From NCBI GenBank assembly GCA_013239625.1, contig MU054212.1, positions 3,684,744-3,748,743 on the forward strand: a stretch of DNA of 64,000 bases, read 5' to 3'. Positions 40,678 to 53,654 of the stretch are shown piece by piece. Made by a program: the position numbers and the translations under genes. This DNA comes from Lama guanicoe. Taxonomy: Eukaryota. Under the pieces are notes generated by a model that ran no database searches, had not been told where the DNA came from, and worked only from the letters and a program-made list of their open reading frames with translations. The stretch's first letter is position 1, and every line of letters begins with the position of its first letter.

Positions 40678-42559
40678 CTAGATTAAAAAGGCCTATGAAA
40701 TTCCACTGGAATTGACGTTGGTGGCAATTTGTTTTCCGTCTGGATAAAATGATAGTATTTCAACTACAAGAAGAAAAAATACCCAATCTGAAAAGGGGTT
40801 AGCATTATTTATTCAAAGATGTTCCTAAAATTTTACAAGGCTTAAAATTACTTATTGTTTGCCAAATTATACGGAGATAAGATGCTTGAACAGAATCAGT
40901 TATTTAAACTGGGCAACAAAGAAGACTCTGAAGATTTAAAGAACATCATTTCATAGTGTTTGGCTGCAAGAAACTCTGAATATGGCCTCATAAAAAATCG
41001 CTCAATGGAGGAACATGGCCCAGGAGTGATGACTTAAGTTCTGGTCATTTTTAAAATCTAGCATAATGCCGCCTCATACGATAGAGGGGACAGCATCTGG
41101 TAAGTGGAATGTATTTTTAAAGTTCTTCAAAAATTCCAAGGCAAATTGATCCAATTTTCTAGTGCTTATGTAAAAGTTGCAAATGAAATTGCTGAAGAAT
41201 GAAAAAGAAAGTATCAGAGCTCTGTTTCAATCTCCACAAAGAAAATCAAACTTTCTATTCAGGAGTAAGACAGTTTTCTTACAGAGTGTCACAGCTGGGA
41301 GGAGTCAGAAATGACCTTTCCAGGCTCTTTTACAGATGAGGAAACTGGGGGCCAGACACCGTAAGTGACTCAGGGTCATCTTCACTCCTAGCTTTTAATG
41401 AGGTATCTCAGACATTCTCATCTTGTAAGATGTGTATTGCAGATTCGCCTCACTCAGATGTAAACCACAGAGGTAAGAAAGAGCGTGCACTGTTGCACAG
41501 AACCTACGACAGAAGATGAACAGTCATGGCTGAGTAGGGTCCGGCTCCCATGGTTACATGTGAGATGAATTCAGCACACTTATATCGCCACCAGCCCTTT
41601 AGCCTGCTTTGAAAAGGAAGTTCAGTGCCATCCCCTCTTCTTCTCCACATTATAGGCTGCCCTTGTCCGCAGAGGGAAGCAAAGAAAGTGAGTATCTATT
41701 TCCCTCGTGTTTTTCTGATGACAAATAATCTGGGAATTAATTTAAGAATCCTGTTGGTTCAAATAAAACATTTCTGACCCCAAAACACTAACTGCTATCT
41801 TTAAAAGGACTATGTCTGATGGTTCTGACCTTTGAGTTTTCGGTTTCTTTTTTCTTACCGATTTCTAACGTTGGCCTACTTCCTGGAACAGCTTGCATGG
41901 AAAAAAGTCCAAAACAGCCACTCCTCAATTCTAAGAGTCCTTAAGATACTTCTGAGTGTTGGAATTCCCTGGGACGTAGACTTTCTTTCCCATTGAGCCA
42001 CATTCTGTCCACACCGCCAAGGAGACTTTTAGAGAGCAAAGAAAGGAAACGTTTGGGAAACTGTGGAAAGTCCCAGGATCTGGCTCCACATGGCTCTCTC
42101 AAGGCCTGGGAGGCAGTCACACCACGGTGACCATTGCTTTGCTTTGCATTCCAGTCTGCTCAGTATAAAAGCCCTTACCTGTGGTCAAAATATTTAAATA
42201 AAATAAAAATAAAAGGACTTATGTTTGGTATACGTGAGCTATGCTTAACACAAGAGAAGAGAGCAGTGGCCAGGCATGGTAGCCAGGAAGGGAGCCGTCG
42301 GGGAACATGCGGTGAGGCTGCCAGAGGAGACAGACAGGATGCAGCAGGTAAGTACTGTTCTGATTCCTTTTTCTTAAGAAAAGTGCCTCCAAACTGAAAG
42401 CAGAATGAACCAGAACAAATCTTGATACATTTCTCATGAGAAAACCTAGTTGCTCAGAATAAATTATATTGCCAAGTATTGAACCATCTTGTGATTCCGA
42501 TCAAGAATCATTTGTGGTCATCTTTGCATAATCAGAAAGAAAAGAAATTTGAATAGACT

Positions 42560-44090
42560 GAAGACATAAAAAAATCTTGACTCCAATTTCAAGAACAAAT
42601 TCTAGAAAGGATACTGTTCAACTTGACTCAAATCCCTGATAAGTTCTATCAAGGATTCAAGAAAAGGGGTTTAGAAGAACTGAGTCAACAAGCCAACACA
42701 GTTCACTAAGAACAAATCCTCAAGGTACTCTGCTCGTTTTGAATTATACATCAGAAGAAAGCTCTATAGAATAAACCAGGAGTCTGCCAAGACATCTGAC
42801 AGTTACTCATGATATTATGAAGCCTGTGGAGCAATGTGGATTGGGTCATAGTAAACAATTCATCTAACCACACTAATTCCACAAGCTTATTCAAAGGTTA
42901 TTGGCAATTCAGGAAGAGAGAAGAAACCTAAGCCTCAAGCTGGACACTTTCTATTCTTAACCAAGCTCACTCCTTCCTGCTAGCATTTGCTGTTCTCTTC
43001 TGCCTGGAATGCTCTCTCAGCTCTTTGAATAGTTGGATTCCTCTGAAACTGAAGGCATTAGTATAAATGCCACCTCCCACCCCATCACTCTCTATCCTAC
43101 CCGTTTGTTTCCTATCACACTGTTTCTAGTTCGTCTCCTCTGGTGAAATATCAGCTTCATAAAAGCTAAGGCCTTGCTAATTCAACATGCCTTCACAAGG
43201 CCTAATACAGTGTCTCACGTGGACCAGGCTCCAAGAACACTGGAATGAATTAATGAGATACATCCTATGTTGTGACATCATACCTTCTATTTGGCCTTTC
43301 AGAATATATTTTCTATCAGTGTCTTATATGAAGATATACAAGGCTTGTGTGGAGTTTTTTCATTTTTTTAATTGAAGTATTTAATTGAAGTTCCTGTACA
43401 ATATTATGTAAGTTAGAGGTGTACAATATAGTGATTCACAACTTTTAAAGGTTGTACTGCATTTGCAGTTATTGTAAAATACTGTGGGGGGGGATTGGTT
43501 GCTTTTGTTTTTCTCATTACATTATACTGGATAAACACACTGCACGATGAAATAAGAATTCCAAAGGGCCTTGAGGGAGTGAAAGGTCAAACCCACACAA
43601 CAAAATGATGTAACCAGGATACACAGAAAGCTCTGCATTTAGAATCATAGGAATTTTTTGTGCTATCGCAGGATAGGGAAATTTGGTTTGTCATTGGGAT
43701 TTGTAAAAAGTACGTCGGGTTTCAGGTTATCACAGTCTTGTTATGAGCCCATAGTGCGATGTGGGCATTAAAAAGTGCTGGAGTCTTAAAAGGAAACATG
43801 GTACCTTCAGACCAAATTATGTACTTGTTCAGTGTGAGATATTAACATTTAAGAATGCTAGAAAAACTAAGGGTGGTTGAAAGGAAGATGACTAGGACAG
43901 GCATGGAAAACTTTTCTCACAATGAAAGAATCAAACTTTTACCAAAAACTCCAGTTAAGAAGGAAGGAGTTTCTAATAGTCTACAGTCATCCCAACATAT
44001 GTTAGATTATTCCATTAATCAGTGAATTCTTTGTCAGTGTAATTTCCACTGAACAGTTAGCAGCTGGGATACAGTGGAGGAAATTCCCAC
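42560..44090 (+). mobile_element. L3/CR1 LINE relic interrupted by L2 (about 42960-43260) and an L1 tail
   Basis: cagttcactaagaacaaatc...ctcatgatat...aatgtggattgg and gatgaaataagaattccaaagggccttga...aaagctctgcatttag resemble consecutive parts of L3 RT. Confidence 0.6.
43354..43484 (-). mobile_element. Young L1 3' end
   Basis: tttttaattgaagtat...tacaatattatgtaagttagaggtgtacaatatagtgattcacaacttttaaagg. Confidence 0.8.
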
Positions 44091-45740
44091 ACAATGCATG
44101 GTTATTTTATTAATGACTGATGACTGATGACTGATTTATACATCTATACAAGCTTCTATACTCCCTAATTTCACTACTGTCAATGATTTGCATAAAATAC
44201 TTACATTTTTCTGTTTTACAGTGAACAATTTATGGAGCAGTTGGTTGAAAGGTAGACATGTTTTGTCAACCTGCAGATAAAAGAATTATTATAGTATTTT
44301 ATGTTGGTGAACCATGGAGGCATCAAGAAATGACCAGCTGCTTACCCAGGAATGGAACATTTGGTACTAAACTTGAAAAATCTGGGCATGATGCATAGGA
44401 TTAGCCTTTGCAGGAGCAACCCGGGAGGTTCTCTCTAAATCTGTATCTCAAGAAACTAAAACTAAAAAGACCAAAACATAATAGAAGGGAAGCAGATTTA
44501 GAAGACGGAACAGGAGGAACACAGCTATCAGTTTGGAGAAAAGCTGAACAGAAGGAGGACAGTCAGCCTCAAGACTCGGGCAGAAGGACCAGCAGCCTGA
44601 AGTTGACCTTGTTTATCAAATCCCATAAAAGACATACACGTTTTGGTTTCCATAGTTTCATAATGATGGATGATTCAACAGATTCAAAACAACCATGGTG
44701 AAATATTTCTTGGGGCTGCTCTCTTCATGAAGCAACTCTAGTTAAGTCTGCTTCTCAGGGATTCTGGTACACTGTACTCATCTCTTCATTTTAATGCCCA
44801 TTATGGCTTATATGTTTTAGTATCATGTAACTTTTCTTAGCATGAGTCAGCCTTTCATGTCTATAAAACATGGAAGAGCATTCTAGGGAGCTCGTACTAG
44901 ATCCTGGGCTCAAGTAACAACACAGAACAATGGCACCTTGCATGGCTCCTTGGCAGAGAGCCGGATAGCCTTCCTCTGACCACACCAGGACTCCCTCTCA
45001 AAGATACGTCATTCTGTGCTGACTGCATGGTTTAACATGAGCTATTTAGTGGTAGCAGAATTTAGAGATGTTTGATTTCTAGGTATGAACAAACTCTACT
45101 GAACATAAGGATCATTAAGAAACCTACAAGTTAGAAAGGAAGTCGGAGTGCTACAGAGCACTTGCGATGGTCTGGAAAGGAAAGGTTTGGACATCAAGGA
45201 AACTTTGGCAATTGGTTATTTGAAACCGTGGAAGTGATCAACAAAGCCTGACTGTCACAGGACAACTGCTGAGCCTGGACAAGAAGGTTAGTATGAAGCT
45301 CAGTATTTGGAGGAAGCCTATGCAGCGATCTGTAGACCTGAAATGGGTCTACTCTGAGACTTCCGCAGAGAGGCCTTCAGATGAGAACTCCCGAATGGCC
45401 CAGAGAAACACTGGTGAAAAGGCTGCTGAATCAGGTTCACACATTTAATGAGAACGATGACAATGAAGCAGTACTCACCCATGCACATTTTTGGAAATAC
45501 AAAAACTCCTGCCTTTTTCTCCCAAAAAAGTGCAAGGAGAAACTATTCTGAGCATGGTTTAGGTTCGAAGCGTGAAAGGGCATCGTCCACAACAGAACAC
45601 TCAAAAACCAACTGCTGAGTCATTGTCTCCTCTGTTGTATGGGACCCCATCTCATTCCATCCAGAAATTGTGTGACCCGGAGTCAGCAGTCCACAAGAAG
45701 AGAAAGTTGAGTCTGCCCCCATCCATTTCTTTCTGCTTAC

Positions 45741-45857
45741 TTTGCATTTGAGAATGACACTGTGACATCATAGCACAGAGTTTATAAATGATACGTGAAA
45801 TTTTCTTGACCAGTGCACAAAGAACATCAGCGCAGACTGCTAGGTAATCTCCCAACA
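45741..45857 (-). other. Candidate 117-nt symmetric exon (phase 1->1): LGDYLAVCADVLCALVKKISRIIYKLCAMM...
   Basis: tgtgtgtgcAG ... AA|GTAAGC; does not fit the phase of the main chain. Confidence 0.15.
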
Positions 45858-47160
45858 CTGCACACACAGTTTATGCAGAGCTGTGGATGCCTCACACCCA
45901 CTCCTGCACCCCTCCCCAAATCATTTGCTTATATTCTAAACTAATCTATTACCTATGTTAGCCCTTTTCACTCCTTAGTCTCTTCAAGATGTTGGTCTGT
46001 GACCTTGGGGAGCAAATCATATCCATACACACAAATAGCAGTCTTGTAGATTTCATAAAGAATGAAGAATTTTTCTTCTTTACCCTTTCAATAGAAGTTT
46101 TTGAAATTTAGACGAGAGGAAAATGAGGCAAAGATTAGAAAGAGAAAAGTGAGCCAAAGTGATTCTGGTTGATGGATTTGATGGGTAAACTGAAGTTCTT
46201 ATTTGCCCACTGACGCCAGGCCAAGCATCCAGCTACTTTCCCAGGCTTAATTAAATCTGCAGCTGACCTGCAAGGAAGGGGATGGCCTGCCATCCAGAAA
46301 AAAAGAAAGGAGGCACAAAGGATTTGTGATCAGTGTCAGGTATTCCAGCAAGTCATGCCAGAGGCAGAAATTAAGACCTGTTAAACCCAGTTCCTTCTCT
46401 CACCACTAGATTTCATTTCAGCCTTCAGATGATATGATGGCTCACCAATGAGGATCAACATTTTTCCCACACATGTATACATATTCCAGGTGACAAATGC
46501 ATAGGCTTTTTACATTGTTGACAAGTAAGCATATATTATTAAATATATTTTCAGATACTTAAATGATTTGCAATATCTAGAAGACTGGTTTTGAATCATA
46601 AATAAAAACTGAATTCTTATTACGGGATCTGAAACAGCACTATAAAAACAGAAAAAGAATCAAAAATAGCCAATTCAGATCAAGACATATTAGCCTTATT
46701 TTTTTTAATCATAACTTACTTTTGAAAATAGTTAATTGTAAAACATCTGGACCCAACTATTGAAGTCAACAAGGGTGGCCACGAGCTTCAGAAGCACAAT
46801 ATTTACTCCGCGGCTACTCCACTCCAGTTATGGACACCTCTTTCCAGCAGGCTTGGATATTGCCAGGCTGAAGCAAACAGCTGAAGCAGAGATTCAACTA
46901 AGTAGGAAGAATGTTTTCATTACCACAAAGGAACCACAGCAAGCGTTAAAACATGCAAGTAAGGCCACCTACTGTGTGAAAGAGACTCATTCCTGCACAG
47001 AAGTAACGAGATAGCTAAACTAGGAAGCCAATTTACAGGAACAATGCTCACCTATTTCTGAAAAGGCACCCACTGAGAAGTCATCAGAACATCTCACCAG
47101 CTTGCCAAAAACACTGGGCAACCTTCTTGTATCTGGGAAGGACGCTAACAGCAGCATTAC

Positions 47161-47348
47161 TTGGTAATTGTTTCAAAGACAATGAGCAGCAGTCGCATTG
47201 CTCCAGGTCTCCCATCTAAGATGCTTATCTCCAGATTCATGCACTTCTTTCCATGGTTTAGAATTCTGCTCAGTGGCCGGGTAACATGGCTTGGTATGGT
47301 TCCAGATGTCACTGTTAAGAGTCTGCCATCTCCATTCAAGGAGGTCAC
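47161..47348 (-). CDS. Candidate 188-nt exon (phase 0->2): VTSLNGDGRLLTVTSG...LLIVFETIT
   Basis: Acceptor ctgacacatgctAG (weak pyrimidine tract), donor AA|GTAATG; frame open throughout. Confidence 0.3.
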
Positions 47349-48257
47349 CTAGCATGTGTCAGATGTTTAAAGCGTGAAGATCGTGGATGGATTTAAGAGA
47401 ACTTAGTTTTGAGGTTTAAAAATGGGGGAGGGGGACTCTTGGATACCCAAAGGAAAGATGTGTTCCTTCTGAAATCAATCATTTTGACAGATGAGAGGTT
47501 TATGGCAGTTTGATAACCCTAACACACATGATTAGAGTTAAAATATACTCCCTCCCGTCTTTCAGTTCAATTCATAGCAAAGGAATCTACAGTTCTTACT
47601 GTAGAGAGTCTATAATTGGGTGTTTTTATAAGGTATGGGAATTGAGGAGATCAAGAATCCTCCCATAGCAGAAAGACTCATTTTGCTCTGAATGCAAAAA
47701 CACCCTTTTACTCATTTTCCTTAGGTAAATTTGCAATGGTGTTTTAACATCTGAAACTGCCATCCATGAATCTGAATTTCTGCATCATTAAATGGGCAAC
47801 AAGATAGCGCTGGTTGATGAAAATATGAGCTGGAAGATAAAGAGCACCATATGGAATGATGATTACATCATGAACCAGGAAACCAAAACCCGAACGAGGC
47901 AGGCTGCTAAGAAACACAAAACAAGGTTACAGCACTCCTGAAATTACTACCCTCACAAACAGTAAAGAACATTACCTTCCAAACTTGGTACTATCACCTC
48001 AGATCAGTAAATAAGTCATACAAGGGCCCCAAATTATTCCTCAGGATTTAGGCCAATTCTTGTGAACAAAGGAAATCATGACATATTTTTAACCCTTCTT
48101 CTCAACAAAACTTGAGGCTACACTTTTGACTCACTATCACTTTCCCACCCCCAGTGAAAGCATAATGATGTGCAGTATTATTTTTAAGTTGAAAGCACTG
48201 AACTTCCAGTCACAGTCATGGCTGAGATTTATAGAACCAAACTGCTATCTCACTAAC

Positions 48258-48398
48258 AGCAGCCAGTTTCCCGGAGCCACGCGTCTTGGAGTGATGACAC
48301 TGCAGGCAGCAAATCATGTTTTCTCCGACTCGGTTTATTTTCACTCCAGAGACTTCCACGCTTTATGGTCTGACGAACAACTACGCGGTGATTATGGC
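48258..48398 (-). CDS. Candidate 141-nt exon, copy 1 (ATG at 48317 gives MICCLQCHHSKTRGSGKLAA; phase-1 frame also fully open)
   Basis: Acceptor ttgtggttgtaattcAG, donor GCT|GTTAGT, aaaacATG with -3 A, 9 CpGs. Confidence 0.3.
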
Positions 48399-50410
48399 CT
48401 GAATTACAACCACAAAGTAGTTGGGTATACTTCACTATTACATATATTATATATCAAGCAATACATATATTATGATGATGATGGTATCAAGCAACATGTT
48501 AAATGAGTGCCATGATCAAGAGTGATCCCAGCGTCTAAACAACTCTCACTCAGGGAATGATGGGTTTTAAGAGCTTAGGACACGCGCGTCATTCTTAGCC
48601 ACCACAATGCTTGTCTTCAAGTGTTCTCTTGAACACTCCACGTCTATGGATGGCCTCGCACAGTTAAAAGCAGTAAGCTACAAGCACACCGGATTTCTTC
48701 ATAAATTACCTAACTTAATCCTCACGAAAAGCTCGTGAGCTATGTGAAATGCAAATAATAAACCTACAAAAGGTTAAAGGATTTGCCCCAGACCACATAG
48801 CTAATATAACAACAAACTAAGCTTGGAAGGGTAACAGTAAGATTTGTGTAGCATTTACTAAGCATCAAGCATTGCTCTGAGAGCCTTTGGGAGGATGAGC
48901 TCCAAGGTCACCTGATCAGGGCTGGCAGTGGGGTTTCAGTCTGTGCTCCCAGCCACCACCTGGTGCTTCCTCCACTGCCTCTAGGAGCTTCTAGATGAAT
49001 GAAAGAAACACCGAGGCCTCATGTTCTGGGATTCTGGTTCAGTGTTTATATGGTACAATTAGCCAAATTCAAATAGAGTAACATTAATTAAGAGCAAAGA
49101 TTAAATCCCCAAAACCTTAAGATGCTGAAATTCTTATTTCTACATCACGCTCTTGAATTCATTTTCAAAAAATAGCTTTCTCATTTCAAACCACCCCCCA
49201 AAAAATCTCAGAAATGGCAATGCCCTTATTTCCAAGAAATTCCAAAAGAAAATATAGTAATATACCATGATATTCTATGATCACATAGGAGAAGGTTTTG
49301 TCAAAGCCAAGAGGGAAAGGAGAATAGTCGTAAGATTGGTTTGATGTAAAATATCCAACATCTGCTTCCAGTGGTTCTGCTGTGAGGACAAGAAGAGGTG
49401 GGAAAAGCAGTGTGCATGTTATAGTAGAAAGGACCAGGTGATCAGCGTTTTTAAAAGCAGTTTCATCAATTTAAAAAGAACTTGATTTTGTGTCCTGTTT
49501 GTTTCCCAGATTCCCATCTTGAGTTTTCTGTCAAACATATTAAATGAGCTCTAAATGCACCTGAGCATATTCTTCACCAGTATCTTTAAAAACGATTTGT
49601 GGCTGGTTCTGTACAGAAATGGAGAAATCAATCATTTTGACAGATGAGAGGTTTATGGCAGTTTGATAACCCTAACACACATGATTAGAGTTAAAATATA
49701 CTCCCTCCCGTCTTTCAGTTCAATTCATAGCAAAGGAATCTACAGTTCTTACTGTAGAGAGTCTATAATTGGGTGTTTTTATAAGGTATGGGAATTGAGG
49801 AGATCAAGAATCCTCCCATAGCAGAAAGACTCATTTTGCTCTGAATGCAAAAACACCCTTTTACTCATTTTCCTTAGGTAAATTTGCAATGGTGTTTTAA
49901 CATCTGAAACTGCCATCCATGAATCTGAATTTCTGCATCATTAAATGGGCAACAAGATAGCGCTGGTTGATGAAAATATGAGCTGGAAGATAAAGAGCAC
50001 CATATGGAATGATGATTACATCATGAACCAGGAAACCAAAACCCGAACGAGGCAGGCTGCTAAGAAACACAAAACAAGGTTACAGCACTCCTGAAATTAC
50101 TACCCTCACAAACAGTAAAGAACATTACCTTCCAAACTTGGTACTATCACCTCAGATCAGTAAATAAGTCATACAAGGGCCCCAAATTATTCCTCAGGAT
50201 TTAGGCCAATTCTTGTGAACAAAGGAAATCATGACGTATTTTTAACCCTTCTTCTCAACAAAACTTGAGGCTACACTTTTGACTCACTATCACTTTCCCA
50301 CCCCCAGTGAAAGCATAATGATGTGCAGTATTATTTTTAAGTTGAAAGCACTGAACTTCCAGTCATAGTCATGGCTGAGATTTATAGAACCAAACTGCTA
50401 TCTCACTAAC

Positions 50411-50551
50411 AGCAACCAGTTTCCCTGAGCCACGCGTCTTGGAGTGATGACACTGCAGGCAACAAATCATGTTTTCTCCGACTCGGTTTATTTTTACTCC
50501 AGAGACTTCCACGCTTTATGGTCTGACGAACAACTACGCAGTGATTATGGC
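50411..50551 (-). CDS. Candidate 141-nt exon, copy 2 (MICCLQCHHSKTRGSGKLVA)
   Basis: Duplicate of 48258-48398 with 5 substitutions; splice dinucleotides intact. Confidence 0.3.
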
Positions 50552-52614
50552 CTGAATTACAACCACAAAGTAGTTGGATATACTTCACTATTACATATAT
50601 TATATATCAAGCAATACATATATTATGATGATGATGGTATCAAGCAACATGTTAAATGAGTGCCATGATCAAGAGTGATCCCAGCGTCTAAACAACTCTC
50701 ACTCAGGGAATGATGGGTTTTAAGAGCTTAGGACACGCGCGTCATTCTTAGCCACCACAATGCTTGTCTTCAAGTGTTCTCTTGAACACTCCACGTCTAT
50801 GGATGGCCTCGCACAGTTAAAAGCAGTAAGCTACAAGCACACCGGATTTCTTCATAAATTACCTAACTTAATCCTCACGAAAAGCTCGTGAGCTATGTGA
50901 AATGCAAATAATAAACCTACAAAAGGTTAAAGGATTTGCCCCAGACCACATAGCTAATATAACAACAAACTAAGCTTGGAAGGGTAACAGTAAGATTTGT
51001 GTAGCATTTACTAAGCATCAAGCATTGCTCTGAGAGCCTTTGGGAGGATGAGCTCCAAGGTCACCTGATCAGGGCTGGCAGTGGGGTTTCAGTCTGTGCT
51101 CCCAGCCACCACCTGGTGCTTCCTCCACTGCCTCTAGGAGCTTCTAGATGAATGAAAGAAACACCGAGGCCTCATGTTCTGGGATTCTGGTTCAGTGTTT
51201 ATATGGTACAATTAGCCAAATTCAAATAGAGTAACATTAATTAAGAGCAAAGATTAAATCCCCAAAACCTTAAGATGCTGAAATTCTTATTTCTACATCA
51301 CGCTCTTGAATTCATTTTCAAAAAATAGCTTTCTCATTTCAAACCACCCCCCAAAAAATCTCAGAAATGGCAATGCCCTTATTTCCAAGAAATTCCAAAA
51401 GAAAATATAGTAATATACCATGATATTCTATGATCACATAGGAGAAGGTTTTGTCAAAGCCAAGAGGGAAAGGAGAATAGTCGTAAGATTGGTTTGATGT
51501 AAAATATCCAACATCTGCTTCCAGTGGTTCTGCTGTGAGGACAAGAAGAGGTGGGAAAAGCAGTGTGCATGTTATAGTAGAAAGGACCAGGTGATCAGCG
51601 TTTTTAAAAGCAGTTTCATCAATTTAAAAAGAACTTGATTTTGTGTCCTGTTTGTTTCCCAGATTCCCATCTTGAGTTTTCTGTCAAACATATTAAATGA
51701 GCTCTAAATGCACCTGAGCATATTCTTCACCAGTATCTTTAAAAACGATTTGTGGCTGGTTCTGTACAGAAATGGGAAGTACTCAGACACTGTAAGTACA
51801 AAATTGATAGCTGTGCCTGATTTTTAAATATTTATTGAGACCGACAGGTAAACCAGGTGTATTAGACATGATCCTTGTCTAGTCAGCTGGAGTTTCAAAT
51901 TCAACATGGCAACAAGTCACATGGGATAGTTTACAAAAGTGTGTTTAGAGGAAAGTAGAATTTTAAAAGGCAATAACCAATTAACTTCCCATTATACAGA
52001 GAATGCCCATTATATGATTTGTGGAAAATGGTTTTTAAAATAGCATTGTGTCACTGAAAAACAGATATTTAAAAAATCTCAGATAAACCTTGAGATAAGT
52101 CCCCATGTGAGCCTTCCCCACTCTGTGTTTTCATTTATGGAAAATTTAGAAAGTATTAAATTGCTTCAATATGGATGTTGTAGAAAGAAATTAAGCAAAA
52201 TAACAGCAGGTATAATTTACCAAATGCCATTTTGAGCCTTACTGATCAAGAATCACAAAGCACATGCTTAAAGAAAACAAGGCTCCAAAAAAAAGAAAAA
52301 AGAAAAAAATTAGACCAGCAGTGCAGAGGTCTAGACAATAAAACCTGAGAACTACGAAGTTTTAGCCTATTCTGTCACGCATGTGATTGTTCACAGGGGA
52401 AAGGGACTTTTCAATTCAACTGCTTCCTCAATTACAAAGTTTTACTAGACTATGAACATTATAATTCCTACTAGGACTCTTGTGGAAAAGCATCTTTATA
52501 TATTAAATTATTATCACTCTACTGAAGTGCTCTAGAGAGTGTGAGCTAAATTTGAGAGGGTAATTTCCGTCATGTTGTCCTTGTGCCTAGTAGAGCCCTA
52601 GTAACAGGTACCAT

Positions 52615-52990
52615 CATGTATGAACAGTGTCTCCCGAAAAAAGTTATGTTTAAATTCTAATCCCCAGTATCTCAGGATGTGACCATCCTTGGAAACAGAG
52701 TGACTACAGGTATAAATGGTTAAGACGTGGTCATACAGGGGTAGAGCCAGCTCCTAACGCAACAGGACTGGTGCCCGGATAGGCTAGCTATGTGAACTGC
52801 TAAACCTGAGTTTGAATCCTGATCGCACTAGTTACTCCCTGTCTGCAGACAACTCACTTCACTTCTCTAGGCTGCGGGTCACTCACCTGGAAAGCGAGAG
52901 GAACCCCCCACAAAGTTCCCGGGAACAGCAGGTGAGACGATTAGCTCGAGCGCCTGGCACACGACCAGGCACTGAGTAAACGTTAGTATC
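52615..52990 (+). mobile_element. MLT1 LTR 5' fragment abutting a MIR
   Basis: ctaatccccagtatctcaggatgtgaccatccttggaaacagag; acctgagtttgaatcctg...cacttctctaggctgcgggtcactcacctggaaa. Confidence 0.75.
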
Positions 52991-53654
52991 GGTCTCGCCT
53001 TCCTCCAACACAATGTTGTAATCAAGGTTAAGTGAGGCTAGAACATAAAGCGCTTTAAACTAGACGCTGCTATACCTTTTATGATTCTAAAAATCACCCA
53101 CAATCCGGGCATACCACAAAAGGCCCAAAAGAGTCCCATCTGAAAGACAGTGGTTAAGACCCCTGGAGCCTCGGAAGAGAACTTGGGACGGGTTGGAGTT
53201 GAGTTCCGTATGATCAGAACCCCTGTCCTAAGCTACAGAAGACTCAGTGAAATATAATCCCCTTCAGAGCCATAAAAAAATCTCCATCCAGCATCAGACA
53301 GGGCAGCCTCACATGTGTTCCACAGCACAGGTCCTTGAGAACTTGCTGTGAACACGGAAGCATTAAACTTGAAGGAACAAAATCACATCCTGATGGAAAG
53401 AAAGCTTCAGGAAGATAAAGGACAAAAACACCCATCGCCTATATTTGCTGCTCCAACGAAGACGAGGCAGAAGTAACAGCTGGTATACGATGTCCCCAAC
53501 TGGGATCAGTAGTAATTATTGCTGAGCAAGGTCAATACTGAGTTCAGAGGAGAACCAGGACCCAGTCCCAGAGGGATCAGCCACAGTCCTAAGAGCAGCA
53601 CCACAGGAAACTTGCATCTGTACCAGGGAATGTTACTCAGGAGCCAACAGGAGG

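Larger units (their letters stand above)
47471..51775 (+). repeat. Tandem direct duplication: 47471-49622 and 49624-51775 (2,152 bp each, period 2,153)
   Basis: Both copies start gaaatcaatcattttgacag and end ttctgtacagaaatgg; a single A at 49623 separates them; 8 substitutions found by eye; duplicated ORFs in the ORF track are offset by 2,153. Confidence 0.98.

Noticed and set aside
44113..44135. (atgactg)x3 short tandem repeat
   Set aside because: Ordinary slippage repeat.
48126..48506. 126-aa plus ORF in duplication copy 1
   Set aside because: Non-ATG start, interrupted by stops in copy 2, no recognisable protein, antisense to the inferred host.
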